Counted from the stretch's first letter, positions 40,933 to 54,401 are shown. The stretch: 64,000 nucleotides of DNA from Candidatus Cloacimonadales bacterium (GCA_963662275.1 OY759316.1:1696001-1760000); one strand, 5' to 3'. The notes: generated from the letters alone by a model not told the origin. Numbers and translations: made by a program.

Positions 40933-41787
40933 ATGAGGATGATTATGGAAAAAACCGGATTTCAGAAAGTTGGTATTTATGTGGATGTATCGAATATAGC
41001 CCAGAATGGGGGATATGGAATGCAGTATGATGTGTTACGCGAATTTGGATGTCGTAATTATGGAATTGCTGTCCGATTGAATGCTTATGTTGCCTTTGAT
41101 GAAGAGAAAGCTAAAACGAATCCAGAATATAGAACCAAATCACAGAATTTTCATGCTATTCTGCGTGATTTTGGTTTCAAGGTGATAGTGAAAAAAGTCC
41201 GATTTTTCTATGATGAATTTGGTAACCGCTATGGTAAGGCAAATGCTGATTTGGATATGGCAGTGGATGCATTGTCACAATCAGATAGGTTAGATTCAGT
41301 TTTGCTTGTAACAGGGGATGGTGATTTTGCTCAAGTGATTAGAGCATTACAAAATAAAGGTTGCCGCGTGGAATGCCTGGCTTTCAAGAATGTCTCTCAT
41401 TTATTAAAAACGGAAGCTGATGTATTTACGTCCGGTTATCTCGTACCTGATCTCCTACCTCCAGTAAAGGAATATCCTGAAGCGATCTCCATCCTGAAAT
41501 GGGGTGAAGAGGGAAGTGTAGTTAGAGGTATTTGTTATGCATTCTATCGTGAAAAAGGCTTTGGTTTTATGAGAGTTATGAAGAGTTACCAAGGTGGTCT
41601 CTGGATCACTGATTCCCGAAAAGATGATTCTCCCTATATGACTGTTTTTGTGCATGAATCACAGGTACCGGATAATATCTCAGTATTTACTTTACCTAAT
41701 CGAGACCAGGTATTCGAGTTCAGGATACAGAATGGTGACAAAGGTGTTCAAGCAATAGAAGTGACAGCGATTACACCGACACTTTAA
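40933..41787 (+). CDS. NYN (LabA/DUF88) domain protein with C-terminal cold-shock-like domain
   Basis: IYVDVSNI, KANADLDMAVD, LVTGDGDF; C-terminal EKGFGFM...VFVHESQV...KGVQAIEV. Confidence 0.85.
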   Translation: MRMIMEKTGFQKVGIYVDVSNIAQNGGYGMQYDVLREFGCRNYGIAVRLNAYVAFDEEKAKTNPEYRTKSQNFHAILRDFGFKVIVKKVRFFYDEFGNRYGKANADLDMAVDALSQSDRLDSVLLVTGDGDFAQVIRALQNKGCRVECLAFKNVSHLLKTEADVFTSGYLVPDLLPPVKEYPEAISILKWGEEGSVVRGICYAFYREKGFGFMRVMKSYQGGLWITDSRKDDSPYMTVFVHESQVPDNISVFTLPNRDQVFEFRIQNGDKGVQAIEVTAITPTL

Positions 41788-41873
41788 ACAATTAACACTT
41801 TAGAGTCCGAATTTCCTATAAGTTCAGTATTCATTAAAGATTCGAAGGAAATTTGGACTCATATTATTTTGTT

Positions 41874-42503
41874 TTATTTCATATATTTCAAGTACTTGTT
41901 TCCCATCAGGAATTCGTCTGTGAGGATAAGATTCTTTTTCACTGCTCGTAAAATCACTTTGAAATCATCAGTCTTCAGATCCGGATTCGCTATTTTACTG
42001 ATCCTGGTATCAAAGGCAGTGACACCTTTTTGCACATCATATCCATAGAATTCTTTCAGACTGAGACCGGCAAATTGCTTTCCGAATGCCGGATCACGGA
42101 ATTTCTTTGCGTTGGGAGAAGTGATTTTCTGGATATAAAACGCCTTAATGATACCATCCTTATCTAGGGCAAGAAATACCTGGATACCACCATATTTACC
42201 TTTCTGATTCACACCATGGATATAGCCGATTAGTTCTTTGCCCTTATATATCTGGTACATAGTATAGGGAACATCCATTGTTTCATAAAGCCCTTGGAAT
42301 TTATCTCCCAATCTTTCTTCAATCTTACTAAGGAGCGCGGTTCCACCTCTCTGTGATATAGAAACATAGAGTGTCTTATAACTCGTGTTATCGGGGAAGA
42401 GTCTTTTAACATCACGGTCTGGGTCACTTAAATCACAACCAACAGCAGCAGATAGAAACACGGAAAAAGTAAGTAATGTGAGAAATAAAAGTATGGTTTT
42501 CAT
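41874..42503 (-). CDS. Exported hypothetical protein, FMN-binding-like fold possible
   Basis: Signal peptide; GKYGGIQVFLALDKDGII...FGKQFAGLS resembles RnfG/FMN_bind-type segments. Confidence 0.55.
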   Translation of the reverse strand: MKTILLFLTLLTFSVFLSAAVGCDLSDPDRDVKRLFPDNTSYKTLYVSISQRGGTALLSKIEERLGDKFQGLYETMDVPYTMYQIYKGKELIGYIHGVNQKGKYGGIQVFLALDKDGIIKAFYIQKITSPNAKKFRDPAFGKQFAGLSLKEFYGYDVQKGVTAFDTRISKIANPDLKTDDFKVILRAVKKNLILTDEFLMGNKYLKYMK

Positions 42504-42514
42504 ACATTCATCCT

Positions 42515-43492
42515 TTAGATCTTATGGTAATAGTAAAGTTGTAATACAGCCATGCGCAAATTGCTGTTGTGATCATATTCCACTAGAGATCGAGCTGTCA
42601 GATCCTTAAATATCTGGTATGAAATACCACCTGCAAGCTTATAATTATGTGTATCATTCATCTGCATGATAACAGGCTGAAACTCAATTTTAAGTCGATT
42701 CTCTTCGAAAATATTCCAAGTGAAACGTGACAAGAGAGCATAATGTATTTGAATATCGTCTTTTTTTCCCATTAGAAAATCAAATTTAGCTTCCAGTCGA
42801 TTCATGGCAAGGGATGCATCAGCCCCTGCAAACTTCATAGGGTGCAGGTTGGAATCCAGCAAGTGATAACCTACAGTGTTCAGCACTTCACCATTGCTGT
42901 AGGAAGCTCCGAAAGTATAATTATCACGATTAAGAACTCCATATGCCACACGACCTGAATAGTAATGGTTTCCATACCAGTCCATGGGCAAACCTGAACC
43001 GGAAGTCGCAGAAAAAGCTGCATCACCCCAGGCAAACTCATGAGAAATACCACCACCCCAATCTCTATCAAACTCGAATCCATGCATTGTAAAATTATGC
43101 AGCAATTCTGCATGGTAATCAAGGTAGGAGCTCAATCCTTGTGCTGGTCTGTCATGACCTATCCAAAGATCGACTTCGGGAAGCTTGAATTTTAAAAATG
43201 CATTGTATAATTGGGGTTCAAGAACAGGTTTGGTTGTTTGATTATAGGCTAATCTTGCCTGGATAGCCAAGGTAGCGATATCTCTTGTTGTCGTAGATAT
43301 CTTCTGAACATAGTCAAACCCAAGCGATGGTTTCTGCATAGCATCTTCCTGGGTATTTGAATACCAGATAGGTGTATCTGATTGATTTGAATAACCTGTT
43401 ACATCTTGTGCTTCTACATAAAACAATGCGGATTGTGCCCAAAGAGGAGCTGAGCATAGAAGCAGCAATGCTCCTATGCAAAGCTTATTCAT
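42515..43492 (-). CDS. Putative outer-membrane beta-barrel (porin-like) protein
   Basis: Signal peptide, alternating beta-strand pattern, RDWG, aromatic C-terminus LQLYYY. Confidence 0.6.
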   Translation of the reverse strand: MNKLCIGALLLLCSAPLWAQSALFYVEAQDVTGYSNQSDTPIWYSNTQEDAMQKPSLGFDYVQKISTTTRDIATLAIQARLAYNQTTKPVLEPQLYNAFLKFKLPEVDLWIGHDRPAQGLSSYLDYHAELLHNFTMHGFEFDRDWGGGISHEFAWGDAAFSATSGSGLPMDWYGNHYYSGRVAYGVLNRDNYTFGASYSNGEVLNTVGYHLLDSNLHPMKFAGADASLAMNRLEAKFDFLMGKKDDIQIHYALLSRFTWNIFEENRLKIEFQPVIMQMNDTHNYKLAGGISYQIFKDLTARSLVEYDHNSNLRMAVLQLYYYHKI

Positions 43493-43527
43493 ATTTCTTT
43501 TCTGAAGCTGACACCTGTCACCTCTGC

Positions 43528-44019
43528 TTATATCTTCAATTTGAAGGAACCCTTTGAAATTGTCTTTTTATCCAACATGAATTGCAGTTCGACTTGCCAT
43601 TCTCCAGGCATAACAAAGTTCAAAGGAAGAAGATAGCTGCCCTTCTTATTGAGTTGCATTGGTACATTATTCTGAGCATGCATCCCTTTCATGGAAGGCA
43701 TATCGTAACTAACAAGAACTTGATAACTTGTATCAGGCTTCTTATCATTAGAAGATATATTGATTTTCAGCGTATTTGCACCCATTTTTACTTTGTCTGT
43801 AAATGAATAAGTAAAAAATGTATTTTTATCAATGATGACTTTCTTTCCATAACCAGGTAAAGTGACAATATTTACAATTTCCTTCGATGCAACTTCAGTA
43901 GTCATACCACAGCCACCGGCTTTTACATTGGGACATGAAGAGCAATCTTCTACAGCAAATATCTGCGCTGTAAATACAAAGACTAAACTTAGGGCAAGTA
44001 TCCATTTTACTGACTTCAT
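43528..44019 (-). CDS. YtkA/FixH-like exported protein with Cys-rich N-terminus
   Basis: Signal peptide, CSSC...GGCG, YDMPSMKGMH, FVMPGEWQV. Confidence 0.7.
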   Translation of the reverse strand: MKSVKWILALSLVFVFTAQIFAVEDCSSCPNVKAGGCGMTTEVASKEIVNIVTLPGYGKKVIIDKNTFFTYSFTDKVKMGANTLKINISSNDKKPDTSYQVLVSYDMPSMKGMHAQNNVPMQLNKKGSYLLPLNFVMPGEWQVELQFMLDKKTISKGSFKLKI

Positions 44020-44077
44020 TTTTTTCTCCTTATTTATGAACTATATTAATTTAACTTCTGAATTGAGCTATTTAATG

Positions 44078-44806
44078 TCAAGCACATCCTTCTTTGGGAT
44101 TACAAGAATCTGGACCGCTAAATATCTTACCATCACGCAGCTCAATGATTCTTCCTGCAATGTCAGCAAGAACAGGATTATGGGTAACGAGAATAATCGT
44201 GATACCCAGTCTTTGGTTTAGATCTGTTAATATCTCACCAATTTCAGTACTACGCTTCGTGTCCAAGTTACCTGTCGGTTCATCTGCCAACAATATATTA
44301 GGTCTATTGATCAGTGCTCTGGCAATGGCAACGCGCTGCATTTCACCACCAGATAATTGACCAGGCAGATGTTTCAGTCGCTTATCAATTCCGAGTTCTT
44401 CCACCAGTTTTCTCATATTATCATCTGTATCAGGTTTCTTGAAGAAGGCAAAAGGAAGCATGATGTTTTCACTAACTGTCAATGTGGGGATGAGATAGAA
44501 TTTTTGGAATATATAGCCATAATTCTCACGGCGAATACGTGTCAGTTCATTCTCAGAGATATTCTTACCGGCTTTGATGATATCCTTGCCATTTATCTGC
44601 AAATCACCTGAAGATGGATTATCCAGACATCCAATCAAATTGATCAGTGTTGTCTTTCCTGAACCTGATGGTCCGATAAAGGATACGAATTCTCCTTTCC
44701 TGATTTCAAGACTGACTCCATCCACAGCACGTATTTCTTCACTTCCCCGATGATACACTTTCGTAAGATCAGTGGCTTTTACAATGATTGGATTTGTGCT
44801 TTCCAT
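44078..44806 (-). CDS. ABC transporter ATP-binding protein (LolD/MacB type)
   Basis: GPSGSGKTT, LSGGEMQRVAIARAL, LADEPTGNLD, VTHN. Confidence 0.95.
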   Translation of the reverse strand: MESTNPIIVKATDLTKVYHRGSEEIRAVDGVSLEIRKGEFVSFIGPSGSGKTTLINLIGCLDNPSSGDLQINGKDIIKAGKNISENELTRIRRENYGYIFQKFYLIPTLTVSENIMLPFAFFKKPDTDDNMRKLVEELGIDKRLKHLPGQLSGGEMQRVAIARALINRPNILLADEPTGNLDTKRSTEIGEILTDLNQRLGITIILVTHNPVLADIAGRIIELRDGKIFSGPDSCNPKEGCA

Positions 44807-45996
44807 TATTCCCCCTCACTCCTGATCGCCTCAATCGGTCTGATTCTGGCAGCTCTCCAGGCAGGATAAATACCGCTCAGAATACCGATAAGAAGTATGA
44901 TGCCCATCGTTGTGAGTATCAACTGGATGTTTATCTGGACTAAGGAGCCTGTTGGTGAATAGGGGAGAAGGTTGCGTATTAAGACTTCAGTTCCTTTGGA
45001 CAAAAGATAGGCTAGGATACTGCCAACAATACCTCCTAAGAGACATAGAATGACAGTCTCAAACCATATCAGGCGAAAGATATCCCAAGTCATAGCTCCC
45101 ATACTTTTGAGAATTCCAATTTCCTGGAAACGTTCAAATACGGACATAAGTATAGTGTTGATGACTCCTACCATTGCAATCAGAATGGCAATAATGGCAA
45201 TCGAGAACACCATTACTTTGGCAGTGGCAACTAGAGTGGAGATCGTCGATTTCACTTGTGCCATGGAAACTACCTGTACATCGGGAAGTTTGTATAACTG
45301 ATCTTCCAGTTTCGTGATATCAAAGTTCTTATTCACTTTAATACCAACAGCCGTCAGTTTATTTTCTACTCCAAAGATCTTCTGTATTGCTTTGATGGGT
45401 ACAAATATAGTACCATCATCCTGTGTACCTGTACGTTTCAGAATACCAACCACTTTGAGTTCTACATTCTTTTCAGGAATTAAGAGAACGTCACCGACTT
45501 CACGCTGTTCAAGTTCAGCAGCTTCATATCCCATGACAGCTTCATTGGCGTTAGGGTCTGTGAACCAGGCTCCCTTATTGAAGACTAAGAAGGATTTCAT
45601 CTTGGGGTATGTACCAGGATCAACTCCCAAATATGCACTTGTACCGCCGTTTTCTCCTTTATTGGGATCAAAGACAGCCTGCATGACCATTGGTGTGAGT
45701 TTATCTATAGCAGGATTACTGGCAAGTGAGGTGGAAATAGTTTGATCCATATATTTCAAGCCAGTTCCGCCTTTCAACATGAGAGTCGCTGCTTCATAAG
45801 GACAGCCTTTAGCGGTAAGCAGTACCTGGTAACCCATATTATCAATATCTTTATTCAATGACTTCTCATAACCCTGGTTAAATCCGAGTAAGCTGAGAAG
45901 TACCCATGTGGAAAGCGATATACCAATTATAGTCAGAATGCTGCGTGTTCTTTTCCTAAGCAGATTCTTGTATGCCACTTGGTAGATGTTTATCAC
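44806..45996 (-). CDS. ABC transporter permease (MacB/FtsX type)
   Basis: RSILTIIGI, NTILMSVFERFQEIGILKSMGA, YPAWRAARIRPIEAIR. Confidence 0.93.
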   Translation of the reverse strand: MINIYQVAYKNLLRKRTRSILTIIGISLSTWVLLSLLGFNQGYEKSLNKDIDNMGYQVLLTAKGCPYEAATLMLKGGTGLKYMDQTISTSLASNPAIDKLTPMVMQAVFDPNKGENGGTSAYLGVDPGTYPKMKSFLVFNKGAWFTDPNANEAVMGYEAAELEQREVGDVLLIPEKNVELKVVGILKRTGTQDDGTIFVPIKAIQKIFGVENKLTAVGIKVNKNFDITKLEDQLYKLPDVQVVSMAQVKSTISTLVATAKVMVFSIAIIAILIAMVGVINTILMSVFERFQEIGILKSMGAMTWDIFRLIWFETVILCLLGGIVGSILAYLLSKGTEVLIRNLLPYSPTGSLVQINIQLILTTMGIILLIGILSGIYPAWRAARIRPIEAIRSEGE

Positions 45997-46294
45997 AAAG
46001 AACTCCTTTATTTAGGCAATCATTAAAGAATATACATAATCAAAGCTTAACGTCAATAACTCTTTACTAAAGGGTATGCATTTATTCGACCATGCATGAA
46101 AAAAGACATAATGTCAGTTAGTTTCCAGTAATAAATATTAATTATTATGTTATTCTCATATGGAAATGCGTACTAGTGCATCTAGTAGTGAATTAGTAAG
46201 CTGAGATGCTTGTTAATTAGATACTTATTCATTCACATTATTGCTTTGCAAAAGTGAATTATGAGATATTTTATCTAAAAAACACGAGGTAATC

Positions 46295-47137
46295 TTGAAA
46301 GAAAGAAAAATTAAAATTATTTTAACAGCAAAACCAACATTAGAAGGTGCTGGTGTTCATTTACATAGAGCTTTCGGCTTTGCTGAAGCTCCACATTTTG
46401 ATCCATTCCTGATGTTGGATGATTTTCGATCAGACAATCCTGAACATTACATACATGGTTTTCCCTGGCATCCTCATCGGGGAATTGAAACAATCACACA
46501 TCTCCTGAAAGGTACCACAGAGCATGGTGACAGTATTGGTAATAAGGGTATAATAGCAGGTGGTGATGTACAATGGATGACAGCCGGTTCAGGGATCATT
46601 CACCAGGAAATGCCTAAACCTGATCCTGATGGCAAAATGTATGGGTTTCAGCTTTGGACGAATTTACCTGCAACACATAAAATGATGAGCCCAAGATATC
46701 GTGATGTGAAAGCAATTAATGCTCCAATAATTACTTTAGATAACCAGGTGCAAGTCAAAATTATCAGCGGTACTTATCAGAATACATCTGGTCCCGTCAA
46801 AGATATTATCATTGATCCATGCTATTTTGATATTGCCATTCCAGAAAATTCTGACTTCACTTTTGAAACACGCGAAGGTTACACTTGTGTACTCTATAAC
46901 TATGAAGGGGTTGGCATGATACAATCAAATACGATATCGAATCGGCAGGTAGTTTTATTTGAAGATGGAACTCATATTCGTATCATGACAGGTAATCAAC
47001 CCCTCAAATGCATCTTTCTGTCGGGAAAGCCTCTGCACGAACCGATAGCTTGGAGTGGATCCATTGTCATGAATTCAGAAAAAGAACTAAAAAAAGCTTT
47101 TCATGAATATCAGAAGGGCACTTTTATTAAAAAATGA
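46295..47137 (+). CDS. Pirin family protein
   Basis: DPFLMLD, GFPWHPHRGIETIT, QWMTAGSGIIHQEMP, QLWTNLP. Confidence 0.93.
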   Translation: MKERKIKIILTAKPTLEGAGVHLHRAFGFAEAPHFDPFLMLDDFRSDNPEHYIHGFPWHPHRGIETITHLLKGTTEHGDSIGNKGIIAGGDVQWMTAGSGIIHQEMPKPDPDGKMYGFQLWTNLPATHKMMSPRYRDVKAINAPIITLDNQVQVKIISGTYQNTSGPVKDIIIDPCYFDIAIPENSDFTFETREGYTCVLYNYEGVGMIQSNTISNRQVVLFEDGTHIRIMTGNQPLKCIFLSGKPLHEPIAWSGSIVMNSEKELKKAFHEYQKGTFIKK

Positions 47138-47522
47138 ATTTGATACAATTATAAACCAAAGAAGCCTCATATAAAATCATGTAGGGATCATCTAGGCATC
47201 ATCTAGGGATCATCTAGGCATCATCTAGACTTTCTTAGTTTATGCTAGTTTTATACTCTCTGAGTTGTGATATCATTTTCAATTGAATATTCAAGAGAGG
47301 TTCCTGAAGTTAAGCAAAGGTAGATGTCACCTGATAGTCAAGCAAATTAGTTTTATCTAAAATCTATCAATATTCAGCAAATCTACAAATTATTATAAAG
47401 ACATTCATTGACAGGAAAGTATTTTATTTATATTTGTAGGTCAATATAATAATCTGAGATTTATCAAATAATTTAATAATCGGAATCTATCCGAAGTTAA
47501 GAATAAAATACGGAGTTAATTT

Positions 47523-47759
47523 ATGAAAATAGGAGTTTGTGGAATAGCCTGCGAAAAATGCCCACGTATGCAGAAGCACATTTGTCCAAATGGTGAAGAG
47601 GGTTGTGTACCTAAAGAAAGTCCGTTTTGTAAAATTAAAACATGTGCTTTCCAAAAGGGAATTAGCCATTGCTTTGATTGTGCTGAATTTCCATGTGAAA
47701 TCACAAAAGAAGGACCCATCAGTTATGGCTATTGTCAGTACATCTCAGGAAAAGAATAG
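47523..47759 (+). CDS. Small Cys-rich protein (DUF3795-like)
   Basis: GVCGIACEKC...C...GC...CKIKTCA...HCFDCAEFPC. Confidence 0.75.
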   Translation: MKIGVCGIACEKCPRMQKHICPNGEEGCVPKESPFCKIKTCAFQKGISHCFDCAEFPCEITKEGPISYGYCQYISGKE

Positions 47760-47933
47760 CTTATAGCTGATAGGGAAAGGTGCAACACTTCTTTTCAGGA
47801 GGTGCGTAGTTCACTTTAAAGTGATGCAGTATTGAAGTAGCATAGAGAGCACAACTATCAGATAACTGGGAAGAACTCGCAGGGAAGATATCGAAGGGAG
47901 ATACAGTTTAGATTTTAATTACTATGAGGTAAC

Positions 47934-48650
47934 ATGAAAACACTATCTTTTCTCTTGATTACACTCTGTTTTATATTTTCATTATATGCAGAAACAAACC
48001 AGTATAATATTGAATATCCGAAAACACCTTCCTCCAAGAAACTGCCTTGTATTATTATTGCCCCGGGAAGTGGTTATCATAAGGATAGACCGATTATCAT
48101 GGATTTGGCGAAACAGGCAAACGAGAATGGATTTGTTTCTCTTCGATTTAATTGGACGCCTAATAAAAAGAATTTACCTGATTCTTTATATATTTTATCT
48201 CAATTTACCGATGTAAATAAGATGATTAATCTGATCAAGAAAATACCTCAAATTGATACAACCCAGATATTTTTAGCAGGGAAATCATTAGGTAGTGTTC
48301 TTGCCTACCAGGCAGCTATTGAACGCTATGATATTAAAGGAATAATACTTCTGACACCTCTTTTTTCATCTGCTGAAAATGCCAAACAATTCTATCCTCA
48401 TTTTGATACGCAACTAACCCCAGTGCTCGTTGTTGTTGGTAGTAATGACCCGGATAATACACAGCTAACTGTTTTGTATGATGCAGCTTCACATACTAAG
48501 GCACTCATTAATATTGCTGTTGTAGGTGGTAACCATAGCCTTATTATTGGAGATTATACAACACTGCCGGGGCAGGGTCAAAACCTAAGAAATATTACTG
48601 TTGCGAACCAGAATGTGATTAACTGGATGTTGGGACTTATTGAACAATAA
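47934..48650 (+). CDS. Exported alpha/beta hydrolase
   Basis: Signal peptide, LAGKSLGS nucleophile elbow, GSND, GGNHS. Confidence 0.8.
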   Translation: MKTLSFLLITLCFIFSLYAETNQYNIEYPKTPSSKKLPCIIIAPGSGYHKDRPIIMDLAKQANENGFVSLRFNWTPNKKNLPDSLYILSQFTDVNKMINLIKKIPQIDTTQIFLAGKSLGSVLAYQAAIERYDIKGIILLTPLFSSAENAKQFYPHFDTQLTPVLVVVGSNDPDNTQLTVLYDAASHTKALINIAVVGGNHSLIIGDYTTLPGQGQNLRNITVANQNVINWMLGLIEQ

Positions 48651-48654
48651 TTTT

Positions 48655-50667
48655 CTACTTGATAACCACCATCTTTTTTGTTGTTTGAACAGTTGGTGAT
48701 ACCAGCCTGTAGAAATATATGCCACTGCCAACAGCGCTCCCGTTTTCATCTTTACCATTCCATACGATGAGATGCGATCCTGTTTCGTTTGAAAAGGTTC
48801 TTACTTTTTGTCCAAGTATATTGTAGATTGTCACTGAGGCAGTCTCACCTTTCTTTACCTGTATTCCAATATTGGTTGTTGTATTCTCATGAAAAGGGTT
48901 CGGATAGGCACTTTTAAGTAGTGTTGTATTTTCAGGAAGTTGAATCTGGTCGTCTACTGATACGGTGGTTGTCACCATAATAGAATTGCTAAGGAGGACT
49001 GTACCACTGAAATCAACCAGCATTAACCAATAGTAATATGTAGTAAAAGAATTTACCGAATTATCCACAAAGTTATACGTTTGTTGTTGAGATGTATTAG
49101 TTCCTTGTATCATACTCATGTTAACCTGGGTTGCGTTAGCAGGATTGTCGTCGGTTGAACGAAGGACATTGAAACCAAGATTGTTTGTTTCTGACTCCGT
49201 TGTCCATTGCAGGTTAACATATCCTTGTGCTGTTGTCATCGCTGTGAAGGATGACAGTTCAACTGGTAAATCATTATCAAGATGCACTATGACAGGACCA
49301 TGTAAACATGAAGATCCACTGAAATCAACATTCTCAAGCCAGTAGTAGTATGTGTTGGGGGATGTAACATCATTATCAGTAAAATGATACGTTTGTTGTT
49401 GAGATGTATTAGTTCCAGGTATCATACTCATGTTAACCAGAATTGCGTTTGCAGGATTGTTGTCTATTGAACGTAGGACATTGAAGCCAAGATTGTTTGT
49501 TTCAGACTCCGTTGTCCACTGCAAATTGACAAATCCCTGGGGTGTGGTAACTGCGGTGAAAGACGATAATTCAGTGGGGAGTGTTATAGTTGTTACCGCA
49601 ACACAATTACTAAAAACGCTTGTCCCATCAAGCATTACCATTTCTAACCAGTAATAAAATGTAGAGTTAGGGTTAGCAGAAGTATCCATATAGCTGTAAT
49701 TACAGGTTTGAGATGTATTCGTTCCATTAATAGTACTGGTGTTAATTCGAATTGCAAAGACAAGATTATTTTCATTTGAACGAAATAAATTAAAGCCCAT
49801 GAAATTAGTTTCCGACTCTGTTGTCCATTGTAAGCTAACAGATCCTTGCACTGTAGCAACTGCAGAGAAGGATGATAATTCAACATTTATTCCTGGTATA
49901 GATACAATAACTGGTCCATGGAAATCAATTGTTCCATCCAAATAATTTACTGCTAGCCAGTAATAATATATTGTTCCATGTTCGACTCCCTGGTCGGTAA
50001 AAGTGTATGTTTGAGAAGTTGTCGTGTTTGTTCCTGGAATGATATTTGGATTCACTACGATGGCATTATTCAAATTAAGATCATTTGAACGATATACATA
50101 AAAACCAGCAATACCGGTTTCTGTTTCGGTTGTCCATTGCAGGTTGACAGATCCCTGGGATATAGCAACAGCAGTGAAAGATGATAATTCAACTGGGATA
50201 GTAATTACTTCAGGTGGTATCTCTTGAGCTGGATTAAGAATCTGAATTGCTGCTGTTCCGATAGGGATGATTTGATCCCAGGTTATCGTTTGATTTGGTA
50301 AAAGATCAGTTTTTGTAACCGTAATTCTCAATGTATCACCTGCCATCCATTGTGTCGGAAAAGAACCAAGCTGCAGATAGACCGTAGCATAATAAGGTAT
50401 GGTAGTACCATTCCCGGTTTGAGACAAGCGAATAGACGTCGTTGGAGTGCCATTATCTGTACTTAGTATCTCATTAAATCTACCTAAAATGAATGCTGTT
50501 ACGAGATAATTCGGAGCAGTATATGATGTTTGGTTTGAAGTAACCAGTGTCAGTATATCAACAGTAGGATCAGCAGCCACTACTTTCCGATAATAAGCTC
50601 TGGGTGTAGCGAATAATGATACTACCATAAGAAGCAACAACAAAGAGATCATTGCATATTTCCTCAT
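48655..50667 (-). CDS. Secreted protein with four tandem '(P)VELSSFTA' beta domains and a C-terminal FlgD/T9SS-type sorting domain
   Basis: ATG 50667 with RBS GGAGG and signal peptide; four ~103-aa repeats; AYPNPF...IYNILGQKV...WNGKD...SGIYFYRL...KKMVVIK. Confidence 0.88.
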   Translation of the reverse strand: MRKYAMISLLLLLMVVSLFATPRAYYRKVVAADPTVDILTLVTSNQTSYTAPNYLVTAFILGRFNEILSTDNGTPTTSIRLSQTGNGTTIPYYATVYLQLGSFPTQWMAGDTLRITVTKTDLLPNQTITWDQIIPIGTAAIQILNPAQEIPPEVITIPVELSSFTAVAISQGSVNLQWTTETETGIAGFYVYRSNDLNLNNAIVVNPNIIPGTNTTTSQTYTFTDQGVEHGTIYYYWLAVNYLDGTIDFHGPVIVSIPGINVELSSFSAVATVQGSVSLQWTTESETNFMGFNLFRSNENNLVFAIRINTSTINGTNTSQTCNYSYMDTSANPNSTFYYWLEMVMLDGTSVFSNCVAVTTITLPTELSSFTAVTTPQGFVNLQWTTESETNNLGFNVLRSIDNNPANAILVNMSMIPGTNTSQQQTYHFTDNDVTSPNTYYYWLENVDFSGSSCLHGPVIVHLDNDLPVELSSFTAMTTAQGYVNLQWTTESETNNLGFNVLRSTDDNPANATQVNMSMIQGTNTSQQQTYNFVDNSVNSFTTYYYWLMLVDFSGTVLLSNSIMVTTTVSVDDQIQLPENTTLLKSAYPNPFHENTTTNIGIQVKKGETASVTIYNILGQKVRTFSNETGSHLIVWNGKDENGSAVGSGIYFYRLVSPTVQTTKKMVVIK

Positions 50668-50855
50668 CTTCAACCTCCAGCATATATAGTTTAGAATGGA
50701 TATCATATTAAGATAATGTTTAACAATAATGTAAATTAGAACAGGTAACTGAAGTAGGTCAAGAAATATGTGATAAACTAAGCTTTTATTTCCTTGACAT
50801 GCCAGGCTCATAAGAACACCAGTACTTTATCTGGAGAACGAATTTAATTGTATAA

Positions 50856-53229
<2,374 letters not shown>

Positions 53230-53310
53230 ACGAATAAAAATAATTGACGGTAGACCAGATAGCATTACATTTTGATTCAAAGTAACAGATTTATCGACAA
53301 TGGAGGAAAT

Positions 53311-54357
53311 ATGAAACACTTATCAATAGGATTGTTAGCCATCATAATAATGCTTTCAATTGGATTCCTGGAAGCAAAAAAAACTAAAGAAGTTGCTACC
53401 CCGGCGCCACCACCAGAAGTAGTAGAACAGAAACCTGTATTACAGCAGGCACAGGAAAAAGCGATTGAAGCTGAGAAACTGGTCACTGATAAGAGTTATT
53501 CAAATGCCGCTGAAGCCTTTGAAACTGCTCTTGGTCTTTTTCAGCAAGCCGAGAAGGAACCTACTGAAAATGATTCCACGAAACAGTCAATTCGCCAGTC
53601 TATCGATAAAATGTATAAGAATTTAAGTATCGTTGAAGAACAAGCAGGTGATTATCCCAAAGCCATTCAGTACATTGATAAACGTTTGGAAACTGATTCT
53701 CTGAACACAGCGCTCATCGGACGAAAATACTTGATCATGAAAGTAAACCTAATGGATGAAGCTGGTGGGATCAAGGTTCTTGAAAAATTTACTTCAAAAC
53801 ATGATAATTATGATTTTGATTTGAATATCGCAGATTTTTATGTAGCTACAGGTAATATCCCAACGGCTATAACTTGGTATCAGAAAGCTGATACGGTTAA
53901 GAAGAATCCGATGGTAACATATAACCTGGGTAAGTATAACCGGGATTTAAAGAACTATGCTGCATCCAACAAGTATTTTGAAGAATACCTGACCACAAAT
54001 CCAAAACCTGAGGAATTAAATCCTATTTATAAGATACTTGGCTCAAATTACAAGTTTTTAGGAAACAATGCAAAAGCCATTGTCTATTTTGAGAAATCGA
54101 TAGCTCTAGAAGCTGATCCTAAGATCGCATTAGCACTCTTGGATTTATATAACAAAGCTAAAAATGATAAGATGATCATCAAATACGCAAACCTGGTTTT
54201 ACAGTCAGATCCGACGAATATGGGTGTTACTTTTCTCAGGGGAATCAGCAAATATAATCTCAAAGATACTGTGGGTGCAAAAGCTGATTTCCAGAAAGTC
54301 TTAAATGATCCAACTTATGGGAAAAATGCGAAACAATATTTAGATAGTATGAAATAG
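53311..54357 (+). CDS. Exported tetratricopeptide-repeat protein
   Basis: ATG 53311 with RBS GGAGG, signal peptide, several TPR-like helices. Confidence 0.8.
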   Translation: MKHLSIGLLAIIIMLSIGFLEAKKTKEVATPAPPPEVVEQKPVLQQAQEKAIEAEKLVTDKSYSNAAEAFETALGLFQQAEKEPTENDSTKQSIRQSIDKMYKNLSIVEEQAGDYPKAIQYIDKRLETDSLNTALIGRKYLIMKVNLMDEAGGIKVLEKFTSKHDNYDFDLNIADFYVATGNIPTAITWYQKADTVKKNPMVTYNLGKYNRDLKNYAASNKYFEEYLTTNPKPEELNPIYKILGSNYKFLGNNAKAIVYFEKSIALEADPKIALALLDLYNKAKNDKMIIKYANLVLQSDPTNMGVTFLRGISKYNLKDTVGAKADFQKVLNDPTYGKNAKQYLDSMK

Positions 54358-54375
54358 ACATATTTAATTACTTTT

Positions 54376-54400
54376 GGCGCTGTATTTGCAGCGCCTTTTT
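54376..54400 (+). terminator. Rho-independent terminator; insertion site of the group II intron
   Basis: ggcgctgtatttgcagcgcc followed by TTTTT. Confidence 0.8.
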
Positions 54401-54401
54401 A

